64,000 nucleotides of DNA, taken from contig NW_003314315.1 in the NCBI RefSeq assembly GCF_000143415.4, forward strand, positions 62,001 through 126,000, given 5' to 3'. The translations under genes were made by a program, and so were the position numbers. Below the pieces are notes generated by a model. That model had not been told where the DNA came from. It worked only from the letters and a program-made list of their open reading frames with translations, and searched no databases. Shown here in pieces: positions 42,201-52,974 of the stretch; the first letter of the stretch is position 1, and every line of letters begins with the position of its first letter. This stretch comes from Selaginella moellendorffii (taxonomy: Eukaryota > Plantae > Lycopodiophyta).

Positions 42201-42859
42201 TTGGGCGATAGTCCTACAATCGGGGGAGTGTGCATTAGAAGCCTTGCTTCCAGTTAAATGACACGAATCAATTGGAAGAATGAATGAACCATCGACAAAA
42301 ATATGTCATAAAATAAAATTGCCCTGTATCCAAGGCACAATCAATATGGGTGGGACTTGGTGTAAACCCTAATCCTGAACGTGGGAACCCTAAAATTGAA
42401 GAAATCAAGAATTGAATTTAAATTTGAAATGTACACTAAAAAACACTTAGTTTTCTCTGAGTATAGCGAAGTATAATTTTTCCAAAGCTTGTCGCTTCAC
42501 TGATGTTACTATAGACAAGGCACTTTCAATGTAAAGTGGTAAATCTACACCCGCAACATCAACCATTGTATACTCAATTGTTAGATCCAAATGAAGTAAA
42601 TATTGCTCGTCCAAGTTGAATCCCTCCTGATGCATCAAAAATGCCTAGTTTCGAATAGTGCCAAGAGCTTGTAAAGTAGTTAAACACAACGAAATAGATT
42701 TAAAGAAATTGTTCTATTCTTGCTCAGATTACCTCTGACAGAGTTGCACCTTTGATATTGGAGAGAAATAGTCCAAGAAGGTCTTCAATATCTTTTTCAC
42801 CAACAACCGGCATAATCCCACAAAAGCACAATTTATAAAGAATTTTATAACATTACCAA

Positions 42860-44138
42860 AATTCTTACCCAAGCTCTCATTCCATCTGTTGAAATAAGTT
42901 TGCAAGAACATGAGATGGTCTAAAGTAATTACCACATCGATACGGACAGATCTCATAGAGGTTCCAGGTTGCAACCCAATGTGAAATATCTTTCTTGAGG
43001 TATGGAGCAAAGACATAATGTAAACTCTGGTTGTGCCATGGATTAGATACATCAAGAATTCCTATGTCTTCCAAAAAAGGTGCTTATTAATCTTAACAAA
43101 TGCTTTATGCGTTGTAAAATAAATTTGATTTAGTCCTTATTTGGAAAAACTCTAACGTTGTGAGTACCTGGTTACTTGTTAATGTCCCATGTATGAAGTT
43201 CCTAGCTGCAGGACCCCAACAGCAAACCATGTCCCTCTCAACCTCATTGTGCTTTGGAGCATTATCGCTCCAGATGCATTTGGGCCTTTTAAATCAACGA
43301 ACAACCTATGCATATGTGTTGAATATTGCATGGGATTTTTTGGAGGTAGCTACCTCACAAGCTACAATATAATGAGTTGCCCCACAAATAATGGTATGTA
43401 TATAGAAACCATAGCTTACAAGCTTGCAATATGCTACAATAAACATGTTACCACATGTGCTGACAAAAAAGCATAAATGAAAGAATATTCACAATCCATA
43501 TAGCAAAGTGCATTAGCCTCCTCATTCCTATAAATTCGTCGTCGAATCTTTGTCATGTGCCTTTGTTCCAACCTAGTTGGATTATGAGTGGTTAAGGCCT
43601 CACGAATTTGATGTCGGCTAAACTGATATCCTCCAATTTGACAGCTAGATCGGGAATTGATAATCCCCCAGTTTGTGCCACCTTGATTCATGGCATTGTT
43701 AGTTCCAATATGATGAAGTACCTTTTTGGGTGGTACTTTATAATATACACCTCTCTAATTTGGATCAACAAGCTACATGTATTTGTATAGTGTTGGCTTG
43801 GAAATTCTAAGATAGCATGCGAGGTAAGCAGTAATCTTAGTCTCGAGGATCTTTAGATGCATTCAGGTGCCAAATGCAATTGGACTATCAAATCCCCTCG
43901 ACTTCAAAAAATTATGGAAGGCCTAGAAATGTGCAAATCATGAATCTAGGAAGCTAAAAACTAAGCAAACCTCTAGGAGAGCATTGTTGTCACTATTCAC
44001 ACCTGAACCACAGTCCGAATCACTAAAATTGGATGAAATGTTATTCATTTCATTTTCCTCCACGTCTTCTAGTAAACCTAAAAGAAAAAGTTTTAGTGAC
44101 ACAAATTTGAAGTAAACTAAGGAGGGAACTATACTCAT
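42860..44138 (-). pseudogene. Integrase-core DDE transposase pseudogene (IS3EU-like), with introns
   Basis: HTH-like LRISKPTLYKY, then FSRHQIREAL..NP..IRRRIY....NALCYMD, KLVSYGFYIH, RPKCIWSDN, FIHGT..NQ and LEDIGILD.SNPWH..LHYVF..WN. This follows the family pattern RR.Y.V..PN.LWH.DG.HKL...P..VR.D.G.EN...G.S.HNQRIE as I recall it. Confidence 0.8.
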
Positions 44139-44659
44139 GGTAGAAACTTAAAAGTCCATAGAGAGCAATCGAGTAGTAAATCAAAGCTACTTCCAACATT
44201 GCCCACAAAAACATTTGAAACCAATCACTAATAAACCAAGTTACCTTTCACATCTATTACCAAAAAACATGCCAAATAACAGAGCACTAAAGCAGCATAC
44301 TAATGCAAGGAAGCATCTCCTAAATCTTATGACCTAATGAATCTTTATGTCATGGGGTCAAACTTGATGATATATGGCATCTATGTATAACACATTGTTC
44401 ATTATGGGGACATTATCAACCCATCGAACCAGCATCCATGGGGTATCCATGAGGCATCCAAATGACATTTAATGCCGAATCAATAGAAAACTACCGCATG
44501 AACATTATATTGTGAGTGAAATCTGCCACAGTAACACTCACCCTTTTCCGTATTGCACGCCATACGGCGCGTATTATGATCGTTGCGCCACGCGTGGTCG
44601 CATAAACCCTAAAACTTCTTTCTTTCTTTCTTTCCAACAGGCTAAATTTCGGGGGGACG

Positions 44660-47211
44660 ATGGCAGTGAGCGACAATTCTTCCTCCGATGAAGACGACGA
44701 GCCATTCGTCTCGATCGGCAGGGCCACCAGCAGCTCCAGCAGCGGCAGCGACAGCAGCAGTAGCGGCGGCAGCGTCGTTTGCAGTGGCCGGACAAATTCC
44801 AAGATCAAGAGGAGCAGCGATGCCGGGCGGAGGATCCAGCATGGAAGGCTCTACGACTCCACGAACGGGATTACTTGCCACTGGTGCCGCCAGAAAACAG
44901 TGGAGGACAAGGTGTGCTGCAGCCGCTGCCCCATCAGCTTTTGCGGGAGCTGCCTCGCCAATCGCCATGGCGAGATTCTTGACGAGCAGATGGAGGAGGG
45001 CGTGCGCTGGGTCTGTCCCAAGTGCCGCGGCGGCTGCGGCCCTGGCTGCGTGGATTCTTGGTAAGATCGATCCATCTCCATCGCCGAGATCATGCATTTC
45101 CTTTCTAGGGTATCATCTCACGATCCATTCTTTGCAGCTGTAACTGTGGCCCCTGCCGCAAGGCGCAAGGATTGGCGCCGACGGGCGTCCTCAAGCACGG
45201 AGCTGCGAAGTCCGGATTCAACAATGCGCATGACTACTTGATCCATCTCGAGACTGGTGAGTCCGTGAGAGAGATCGCACAGCGCAAGCTCGGGAGGGAC
45301 TGGATCAAGCCCGGCAGCACGGTTCGTTACGACACCGAGCCGATCTTTCGGAGGAGGATCATCCGGACTCTTGACGATGAGGAGTGCACGCCAAAGAAGC
45401 GGCGGACCTGCGAGGCCGAGGAGAGGACGCCTCCATCGAGTGTGAGTGTTCTTTTCTTTTCTTTCTCTAAACTTTGGCGATGTTCTTTCTGGCGTTAGAT
45501 GCGTGGAGCGCTCAGGGGAGCACAGCTACGGCGGTATCTTTCTCAGCTAGCGTCCGACAAGGCCGCGGATAAAGCCATCGCCGAGGAGGACGAGGAGGCC
45601 AGTGGCAGGGACGTCGCTTCGCTTGGAAGTAGAGTAAAGCTCCGGCTTTTTCAGTCGCGTGTCAAGGGCGAGAAGATGGACCACGTTGGGACGAGCTCGA
45701 TAGCTGCTGCTGCCCCAGCGATCAAGACAGAAAAGCCGGCAGACGAAGAGCAAGGTAAGGTTTTCAGTCGCCAAAAGCAAGTGAAGATGGAAAAGGATGG
45801 TGAAGCGTCGGCTCCTGCTTCCCAGAGCCACCAACAAGCCGGGGAGCGCTTCCGAGAGATCTTCTCTGAGGCAAAGCAGACGAAAGAACGAGAGGAGAAG
45901 GATGAAGTTAACGTTGGTGCTCGAGTCAAGGCCGAAAAGGAGGATAGTCCGAGGACAGGGAGCGAGCAGAGGGCAACTGTTGCGATCGTCAAGAACGAAG
46001 AAGGTGGTGACAAGAAGACGATCAGAGCAGGCATTAGTAGTGAAGAGGGGCGGGTTTCTAGAGGAGAAACTCCTAGCGACACCCAGGACGAACGAGGAAT
46101 CGAACACGATAGTGGCAGCAGGGAGAATACACCCGCACCGTGGAGCCGCGCTAGGAACCTGGAGAGAGCTCGCGAGCACGCTCAGGTGTTCCATAGAGCT
46201 TGCCGGAGGAACACTAGAAACAGGAGTAACTATTCGCACTTGGTGGATTCCGCAGCGAGCGAGAGTGAGGAAGAGGAGGAGCTGGAACCCGACAGCGATG
46301 AGAGCTCGAGACGCACCCAGAGTAGCTCGCTCACCGAGCAGCAGGACTCCGACTCGGACAATGGGACAAAGGTACGTTTTTATTTTCTTTTCTTTGTTAA
46401 GCTGTTTGTTTGATCACCAGGATGAAGGATTTGTTCTAGGCCGAGACGCTGGACTTTTGTATCGCCAGCAGCTTGAGAAGGAGCTTGAGAAGCCCTTCGA
46501 TTCTCAGCAGCTAGAGAGCATGCTCAAGCAAGCGAGCTGTAGGAAGCCAGTTCTTCGTCACAGGGACACAAGGCGCGGGAGTATGCCAATCGCTACTACC
46601 GTCACAGCTCCTTCCTATCTGGACTATCATCCAGGTGATAAGAAAAAAACACTGCTTGCTATAGCACGAACTTTCATTCCTCGTTTGCTCATTGCTTTTT
46701 GTTTGCATGGACAGATCTTGCGGAGAAAGTAGAAGTGGCTGAAGATGAGGAAAAGCTCCGCCTCTTACGTGGTTTCTTCTTCTGGCTTATGGTAGCGTGG
46801 ACTTCTTCATGGCGATAAAAAGTGTTCCGTTCTTTTGCAGAAAACCTGCGATCCTGGAGCTTTCAAGCCATGGGTGACTCTCTCAGACCAGGAGAAAGGC
46901 AGCGACGATTGCTACTTTGATGATCCAGACTGCGAGGTAGACGGATCTACGTGGAAAATTGTTGCTTCACTAACTTTGTGGTTCATTAGATTACTGCAGT
47001 GGTGGTGCCACTGGACGAGCAGCGAGAAGCAAAAAACCTGCTGAGGCAGCGAAAAACTTCGATCGCCCCAGCGCTTTCAGATGAAAACGAAGAGACTCCG
47101 ACTGGGCACGCCAAAGTTAAGGAAGAGAAACTCTCTGATGAGGGAGGTGCCAAAGAGAAAATCGCCGGTGGAATTGGCGTCAAAGTTAAGGAGGAGAAGC
47201 TCACAGAATGA
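44660..47211 (+). CDS. CDCA7-type zf-4CXXC_R1 zinc-finger protein with a long charged linker and a plant-type uncharacterised C-terminal domain
   Basis: GRLYDSTNGITCHWCRQKT..FCGSCLANRHGE..WVCPKCRG..CNCGPCRKAQGLAPTG. Phase-compatible GT-AG introns link it through 45499-46371 to SYLDYHPDL..LRGFFFWL..GAFKPW. Stop at 47209-47211. Confidence 0.8.
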
Positions 47212-47456
47212 GAGAGAGAGAATTCCGCGCAGGATCGAGACACTCTGAAGATATAAAAATTTTGGTAAGTAGCAGCAGTAGCTGGCTAGGCGGATTTAAG
47301 TGAAGTCACTGTGTAATGTTACGCAAGAAAGGAAGAACAAAGAATGATTTTTTTTTGTTACTTGTAAAGAGCTTACCAAGAACTGATTCCAGGCATTGGA
47401 TATTTTCTTCGCGAGAAGATCCATTGTTGCGAGGAATTCTAAAGAGTTCTTCCTTT

Positions 47457-47935
47457 CTAAGCAGGCTCCTCGTAAGTATCCTTTTTGTGAGCCATGTTGG
47501 CGGCTTCATGGAATGTATGGTTGAAGAGACCGGCAATAGCTCTAAGGAAGAAAGGAAAGAACAAGTTTCAATCAAGCAGCGAAAGAAAAGCGATAGAAAA
47601 CTCACAGTTCTTTCATCTGTTGGATCTTCTCTGGATCACTCTCGTTCATGTTCTTCCGGAATTGCGCGCGCACCATATTGACAATGCCGTCAGTGTTGCC
47701 GTGCTGAGAAGATTCGCAAGAAACGAGCCGATCGATTTAAATCAAGAGAGCTTAGTACCTTGTTGCCAACGTATTGCGCCCGACGAATGCATTCCCTGTA
47801 GAGCTGCGAAATCGCGAAACAATCAATCACAAGCTAGAATTCTTGCAAAGTTCCACTCACACGTTTGGCGCTCTTGGTAATGTGCTTGGGAATCGCTGAT
47901 GCCGCAGCTTGCGCCTTCGCCGCGGCCGCGTCCAT
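47457..47935 (-). CDS. LYR-motif (Complex1_LYR) mitochondrial protein, 4 exons, ~100 aa
   Basis: Manual splicing gives MDAAAAKAQ...KSAKRLYRECIRRAQYVGNKHGNTDGIVNMVRAQFRKNMNESDPEKIQQMKELAIAGLFNH...EEPA*. Not present in the ORF track. Confidence 0.88.
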
Positions 47936-48207
47936 CGATCAATCACTGCTAGGGTTCTAGCCAATATTTCACCTGACGGAATCTTCTATTTGACGGAATG
48001 TACTCGGGTCAAGTTCCGTCAGTCAGAATATGCTTCGACTTTATTGCGCGTTGGTAGTGTGTTTCTTTCCTCTCTGGACGGACGGGATCACGTGTCGACG
48101 TTGCATCCAACGGCGCGACGCGAGGAGATGCTCGTCAAGAGATGGCGGGGCGTGAGGGATCGAGGATTCACACAATGCGATGCGCCTAGCTAGGTAGCGT
48201 CTTGGCT

Positions 48208-51067
48208 ATGGCCGCTGCCGCCGAGTGCTACGATGTTACCAGGGATTGCGATGAGGCGGAGCAGGCGCTCAGGTAATCTCTCATCGAAATTTCAGCTCCC
48301 AGGACAGGATCGTGAGAAATTTCTTGCAAAATCGCAGACTCCTTCTCCAGGGGAAATTCGATGAAGCTGAGGATATGATCGTTGCTAGGGTCAATGCCAG
48401 GGACAGCGTCGCCGGAGCGGTGCCGATCTTTACTCATTGCCATGCGGTCATCTTGTTCGCCAAAGCTGGAATCTCTGGAGCTGAGGAAGACAGGTAGATA
48501 CCTTTCCTTCTTTCCTGTGAAATCCTCCAAACAAAGATTGAAAGAAAATGGTTGGACAGGAAGCAAGCCATGGAGAAGCTCGGTACCGCCGCAAGCATGG
48601 CAGAGAATCTCATTCCAAAGCAAGGTTGGGTGCAAAGCATCGCCACATGGGGAATGGGATACTTCTCTTCTCCATCTCCCAAATCGGGTGATATTAGCGA
48701 AGAAGAACTAAGCTGGTATTCGCTTTTTCCATTTCTTTTCTTTCGTGAGCTTGATCTTCCATTCTCAAACCAGCCGAATCATTGAAGCAGAGGCTACATT
48801 TCTTTCAGCATTGCTGTGCTTCTTTGAAGAATCCATTGCTGCGTTTTTTAGAGTACGTTTATACTGACCTTCATCACGATCAAAGGCTAACTGATCTCTC
48901 GTGTTACAGGCAGCTTTGCTTATAAGAAAGGCGATCAGAGGTTACAAGCATTGTCACGCCATCATCAAGAAACAGGTTGATCGCTCTAAAGAGTTTCGTT
49001 CCTGATCAGACATATGAACGCTTGCAGGAATACTCTAACAGAAGCGAACATAACGTCAGTGCAGTAAAGCTTGGCTTTGGTGGCTTCAGCCTTGCAATCT
49101 CAATGCTACCACCGAAAATGCTGCGGCTCCTTTCTGTTTTAGGATTCCCGTCGGATCGAGCTGCTGGACTCAATTCGATCAACGAGAGCCTGAAAGGTGG
49201 AGGTTTGCGAGCACCCCTGTCCGGCGTGTATGGCATTTCGTTTCTTTTCTAATTTCTAGCATCGGTGGCTCACGACATTTTTTTTCTGGTTTCCAGACTG
49301 CTGCTCTCGTACCATGTAATACTACCAGCATTTTTCTCTACTCCACAAGTATGCAAATATCTTCTGGCAGGCACGATGATTCTCTCGCATTTCGTATAAT
49401 TGCAGGAGCGTGAAGACCATGTTGCATCTGCGGTGGAAATTCTAAATTTTATGGAAGAAACTTATCCTAAAAGTTTCTTCCTCAGGTGCGTCTATTATAG
49501 AGAACGCTGCGCGTATAATGAATTGGTTTTCAGCTTCTACGAAGGCCGACTGAAACGTCTCAATGGCGACCTTCAAGGCTCCATGGAATGTTTCCAAAGC
49601 CTCGAAAGGGTAAATGGTTTTTCTAAATGTTCCAAGTTTTGACTTTACTTCCAGGGGCTGAAGCTGAGCAGTACTTCACACTTTTTCAAATTACGTCATG
49701 CATGGGTGTATGAGCTTGGATTAGGCCACATGCTGCTGCTTCAAGTTAGTAAATCGAAGTTCTGTATCGATTTCGCTGACCACTGTTTTGCTTGGTGACC
49801 AGTGGGAAGAAGCGGAGAAATACTGGATTGAGTTGAAACAGGACAGTGCGTGGTCCCGTGCGTTCTTTGCGTATTTACACGTAATTTAGACAAGAGAGAG
49901 CGTTCGTGGTTAGCTGAGCACCTGTCTTCGCAGGGAGTGTGCCTTTCTATGCGCGGTGAAGGGAAGCTTGCAGCAAAGGAGTTTGCGGAGGTTGCAGCTT
50001 TTACGTGTGCTGGTTCCCTTTTAACGTCCGCATGAACAGGTGCAAGGCCTGTTGCGAGGAACCATGTCTGGCCGGGTCTTAGCCGAAGAACAATATGCTT
50101 CAAGAAAGGTATCTTCTATATTTCTTTTATCTTTTTTTATTTGTTGTTGTTACAAGGTTAAAGATCATACTCTTGATACCGTGGAAGGAGCACAGGGCGT
50201 TCAAGGACAATTATGTGGAGTAGAGTTTTTGTACTTGTGGAACTCGTTTCCTCAGGTATGCCATTCTCTCGTTTCTCACTTGTCAACCAGTTTCTCTCAT
50301 ACAGATGCCGAAGGATGAGCTTGAGGCTGTTGTACATATTATTGACAAAGCCGAAAAGAGCCTTCGCAGTAGTCACCGTGAGAGTGCTATTAACTTGGAA
50401 AAAGAGGTATGTTAAGATAAGAGAAAATGCATAGCAATAAGGTACATGCAGGACGAGGAGGAACCGGACGATTATGTTGCTATTTGCAATCTCATCAAGG
50501 GCACTGCTCTCCGTGAACAAAGAAAACTTGTGGAGGCGCACTCTTGTCTGGACTTGGTGAGGTATATCTATCCGTGAACTCGTGGCTACACTCGTGACTA
50601 CACTGCTCTTGTTTGCAGGGAAGATGACATGTACGTGGAGTCCGAGTTGTTTGTGATCCCAATGGCAGCCTACGAACGCGCCCTGCTGCTGATGTACGAA
50701 TACAACGATGACCAATCTCATCCGCTCAAGCTCATCTCCAACGTAAGATCTATTTCCATTGGTTTATGAACTTTGTGTATCTCGGGTGCGCACAGGCAAA
50801 GAAAGAGCTCGATACTGCGGAGGGCTTTAAGCGAGACTACAACTTCTTGTGGCGGCTTTTAGGCCGCGTTCACGCTGCTCGTGGAGCATTGAAAAGCATA
50901 ATCGGAGAGGAGGTACTCTTCTTTTTTTAGAGTTTAATTTGCTATAATACTACTTACTCAAGCAGGGAAGCACGAACTCGGACACGAGTACCATTACAGA
51001 CAACGACGACGAGAAATGGGAAGACTGCGTAGACGAAGTGGACGAAACATTTTTTATGTCACTGTAA
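48208..51067 (+). CDS. TTC39/IML2-family TPR protein (many short exons)
   Basis: SAVKLGFGGFSLAISMLPPKMLRLLSVLGFPSDRAAGL...GGLRAPL, EFLYLWNSFPQM and YNFLWRL..RVHAA match the TTC39/Iml2 pattern. Confidence 0.82.
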
Positions 51068-51226
51068 TGTGAGCAGTGAGTGCTTCCATCTTGATTCCTT
51101 TGTCTTGATGCCAACAGTCTGGTTTTTGTGATGTAGCCCAAGATCACACCGTCATCTATAGATCAATAACGCGCGCTACCGATAGAGCCGTGGCCCGGCG
51201 AGCGACACTCCCGTCTCGTTACTAAG

Positions 51227-52351
51227 CTACTTCTCCAATAAGTTGCTGGCCATCATGCGCTTAAACTCGTCAAAGTTCACCTGGCCATCGCCGTCCGCGT
51301 CCACAGCTTTGATCATCCTTTGGCAGTCCGCCAGCTTCACGCCCCCGTCTCTCAGTCCCAAGCTGCTCAGCACCGCCTGGAGCTCCACAACCGTGATGAA
51401 CCCGTCCTTGTTCTTGTCAAAGACGGAGAAGGCCTCTCGCAGATCCTGCTCATCACCGTCCCTGGCCCTGTGGTGCTGATCATCGTAGTAGATGTTGCTG
51501 TAGAGCGCCAGGAACTCATCAAAGTCGACGAAGCCATCCCCGTCATTGTCCACGGCCACCACCATGCTCTCCAGCTCCGACCTCGACATCTCGAAACCCA
51601 GCTTCTTCATCGTGTTGCCGAGCTCCTCGCAAGAGATCTTCCCGTCACCATTCTCATCAAACGTCTCGAACATCTTGATCAGCTCCTCCCGCTCGGCGAA
51701 TGGCTCCAGCCGCGACTCGGCGCTCACGAAACTGTCACACGACTCTACGCTCCTCTCAGAGAAGGTGCTGGATCGGCTGCAAGCCGGTCGGCTCCGTGTT
51801 GGTAAGCCTTGCTCGTCGTCGTCGTCCTCATCCATCTTGTGTTCTTCAGGTCCGTTGGAGAGAGCATTGGATGGAAACTCCACTTCCCCAGTTTGATCCG
51901 GAAGCTTTCCAGCTGCGGAAGCTCGATCCTCCGAGAGCTCTCCAGTTTGATCCGGAAACTCTTCCCCCTGGCCCGAGAACTCCCCAGCCTCTAAAGTTCG
52001 CTCTTCGGTGTGACCTCCATCTCTTCCAGTTGGTAAAACTTGTTCTCCTTCGTTGCTACTGTTCTTCCATCGCAGTACTTCTTCGTGGAGACTGCTATCA
52101 CCTGTTCTTGACAAACTTCCATGATCTGGGTAGTGGTCGTCGCTGGAATACCCTGCGCGTGAGCAATTGGCTGGGAGGAGAGCATCTACGAAGGGGCCCA
52201 AGACGTTCGTGGCCTCCACCGCTAGATCCACTGCGTCACTCTCCTCCGAGACCCCCGGATCCAGCACTTTGTTCTCCAAATCCAGCGCGGTCTTGTCCGA
52301 GATAACAAGATCGCAGTTGCGCGTCGCTGGGATCGTGTCGTCGCGGTCCAT
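51227..52351 (-). CDS. Calmodulin-like protein (4 EF-hands) with a ~215-aa acidic N-terminal extension
   Basis: EF loops DENGDGKISCEE, DNDGDGFVDFDE, DKNKDGFITVVE and DADGDGQVNFDE; single open frame. Confidence 0.92.
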   Translation of the reverse strand: MDRDDTIPATRNCDLVISDKTALDLENKVLDPGVSEESDAVDLAVEATNVLGPFVDALLPANCSRAGYSSDDHYPDHGSLSRTGDSSLHEEVLRWKNSSNEGEQVLPTGRDGGHTEERTLEAGEFSGQGEEFPDQTGELSEDRASAAGKLPDQTGEVEFPSNALSNGPEEHKMDEDDDDEQGLPTRSRPACSRSSTFSERSVESCDSFVSAESRLEPFAEREELIKMFETFDENGDGKISCEELGNTMKKLGFEMSRSELESMVVAVDNDGDGFVDFDEFLALYSNIYYDDQHHRARDGDEQDLREAFSVFDKNKDGFITVVELQAVLSSLGLRDGGVKLADCQRMIKAVDADGDGQVNFDEFKRMMASNLLEK

Positions 52352-52974
52352 CGCAGAGAAAACCTAAACCTCGTACCGATCGATCGATCGCTTCTTCTTC
52401 CGCTCGCCAAAATATCACGCCTGGCAGCAATGCCAATGCCGCGCTCGACACGAGTAAGCGAATGGAGCGAAGAAATTTCCCATTCTCACCTCGTGATCGC
52501 GTGACTCGTCGTGAAAGCGCCGGCGCTCTCCCTTCGTGGTACCAAGAATCACGCGTCTCTTGCCATCAAGCCAGCATCTCATTCTCTTCTCTGCTCCACT
52601 TTAGAATGGATCGATTGATTGCTTGGAATTTCTTTCTAGCAGTTCCTCGCGGCCGGCATATTTCCGCTAAGGCTTTAATGCCTACTTGACTGGGGCTGAC
52701 ATGGCAAGTGGGCGCCACGTGTACGGTTGGATGGATGAACCGATTGAGACCGTCGATTGACCAAAAATCAGGATGGATGGACGGATTTGAAACTGGGATT
52801 TTGTGCACTGTCAAGGACCGCGTAAGAACCTTCGCAGCCGAGCGATGGCTGGGAATCGACGGTGGGGGCGCGTGCTTTAGATTTTCCTTGGAATGGATTG
52901 TAGCCCTTTTTGGGAGCACCGCGACTTGAGATCAAACGCAGGGATTTTGATCGTCCAGTGAACGATTGCAGGTA

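Larger units (their letters stand above)
36509..44564 (-). mobile_element. Decayed 8-kb DNA transposon with terminal inverted repeats, IS3EU-like, carrying transposase and HECT-like remnants
   Basis: Imperfect TIRs: TATGGTGTGCAATTTGTAAAAGGGTG versus reverse complement TATGGCGTGCAATACGGAAAAGGGTG, both followed by GATTTCACTCACA. Flanks CGGCA/CGGCG form a 5-bp TSD with one transition. Internal pseudogenes are listed separately. Confidence 0.8.

Noticed and set aside
45547-46239. Long antisense or alternate-frame ORFs over ATG2, the CDCA7-like gene, the calmodulin-like gene and 53-55 kb
   Set aside because: Shadow ORFs of GC-rich coding sequence with no recognisable motifs.
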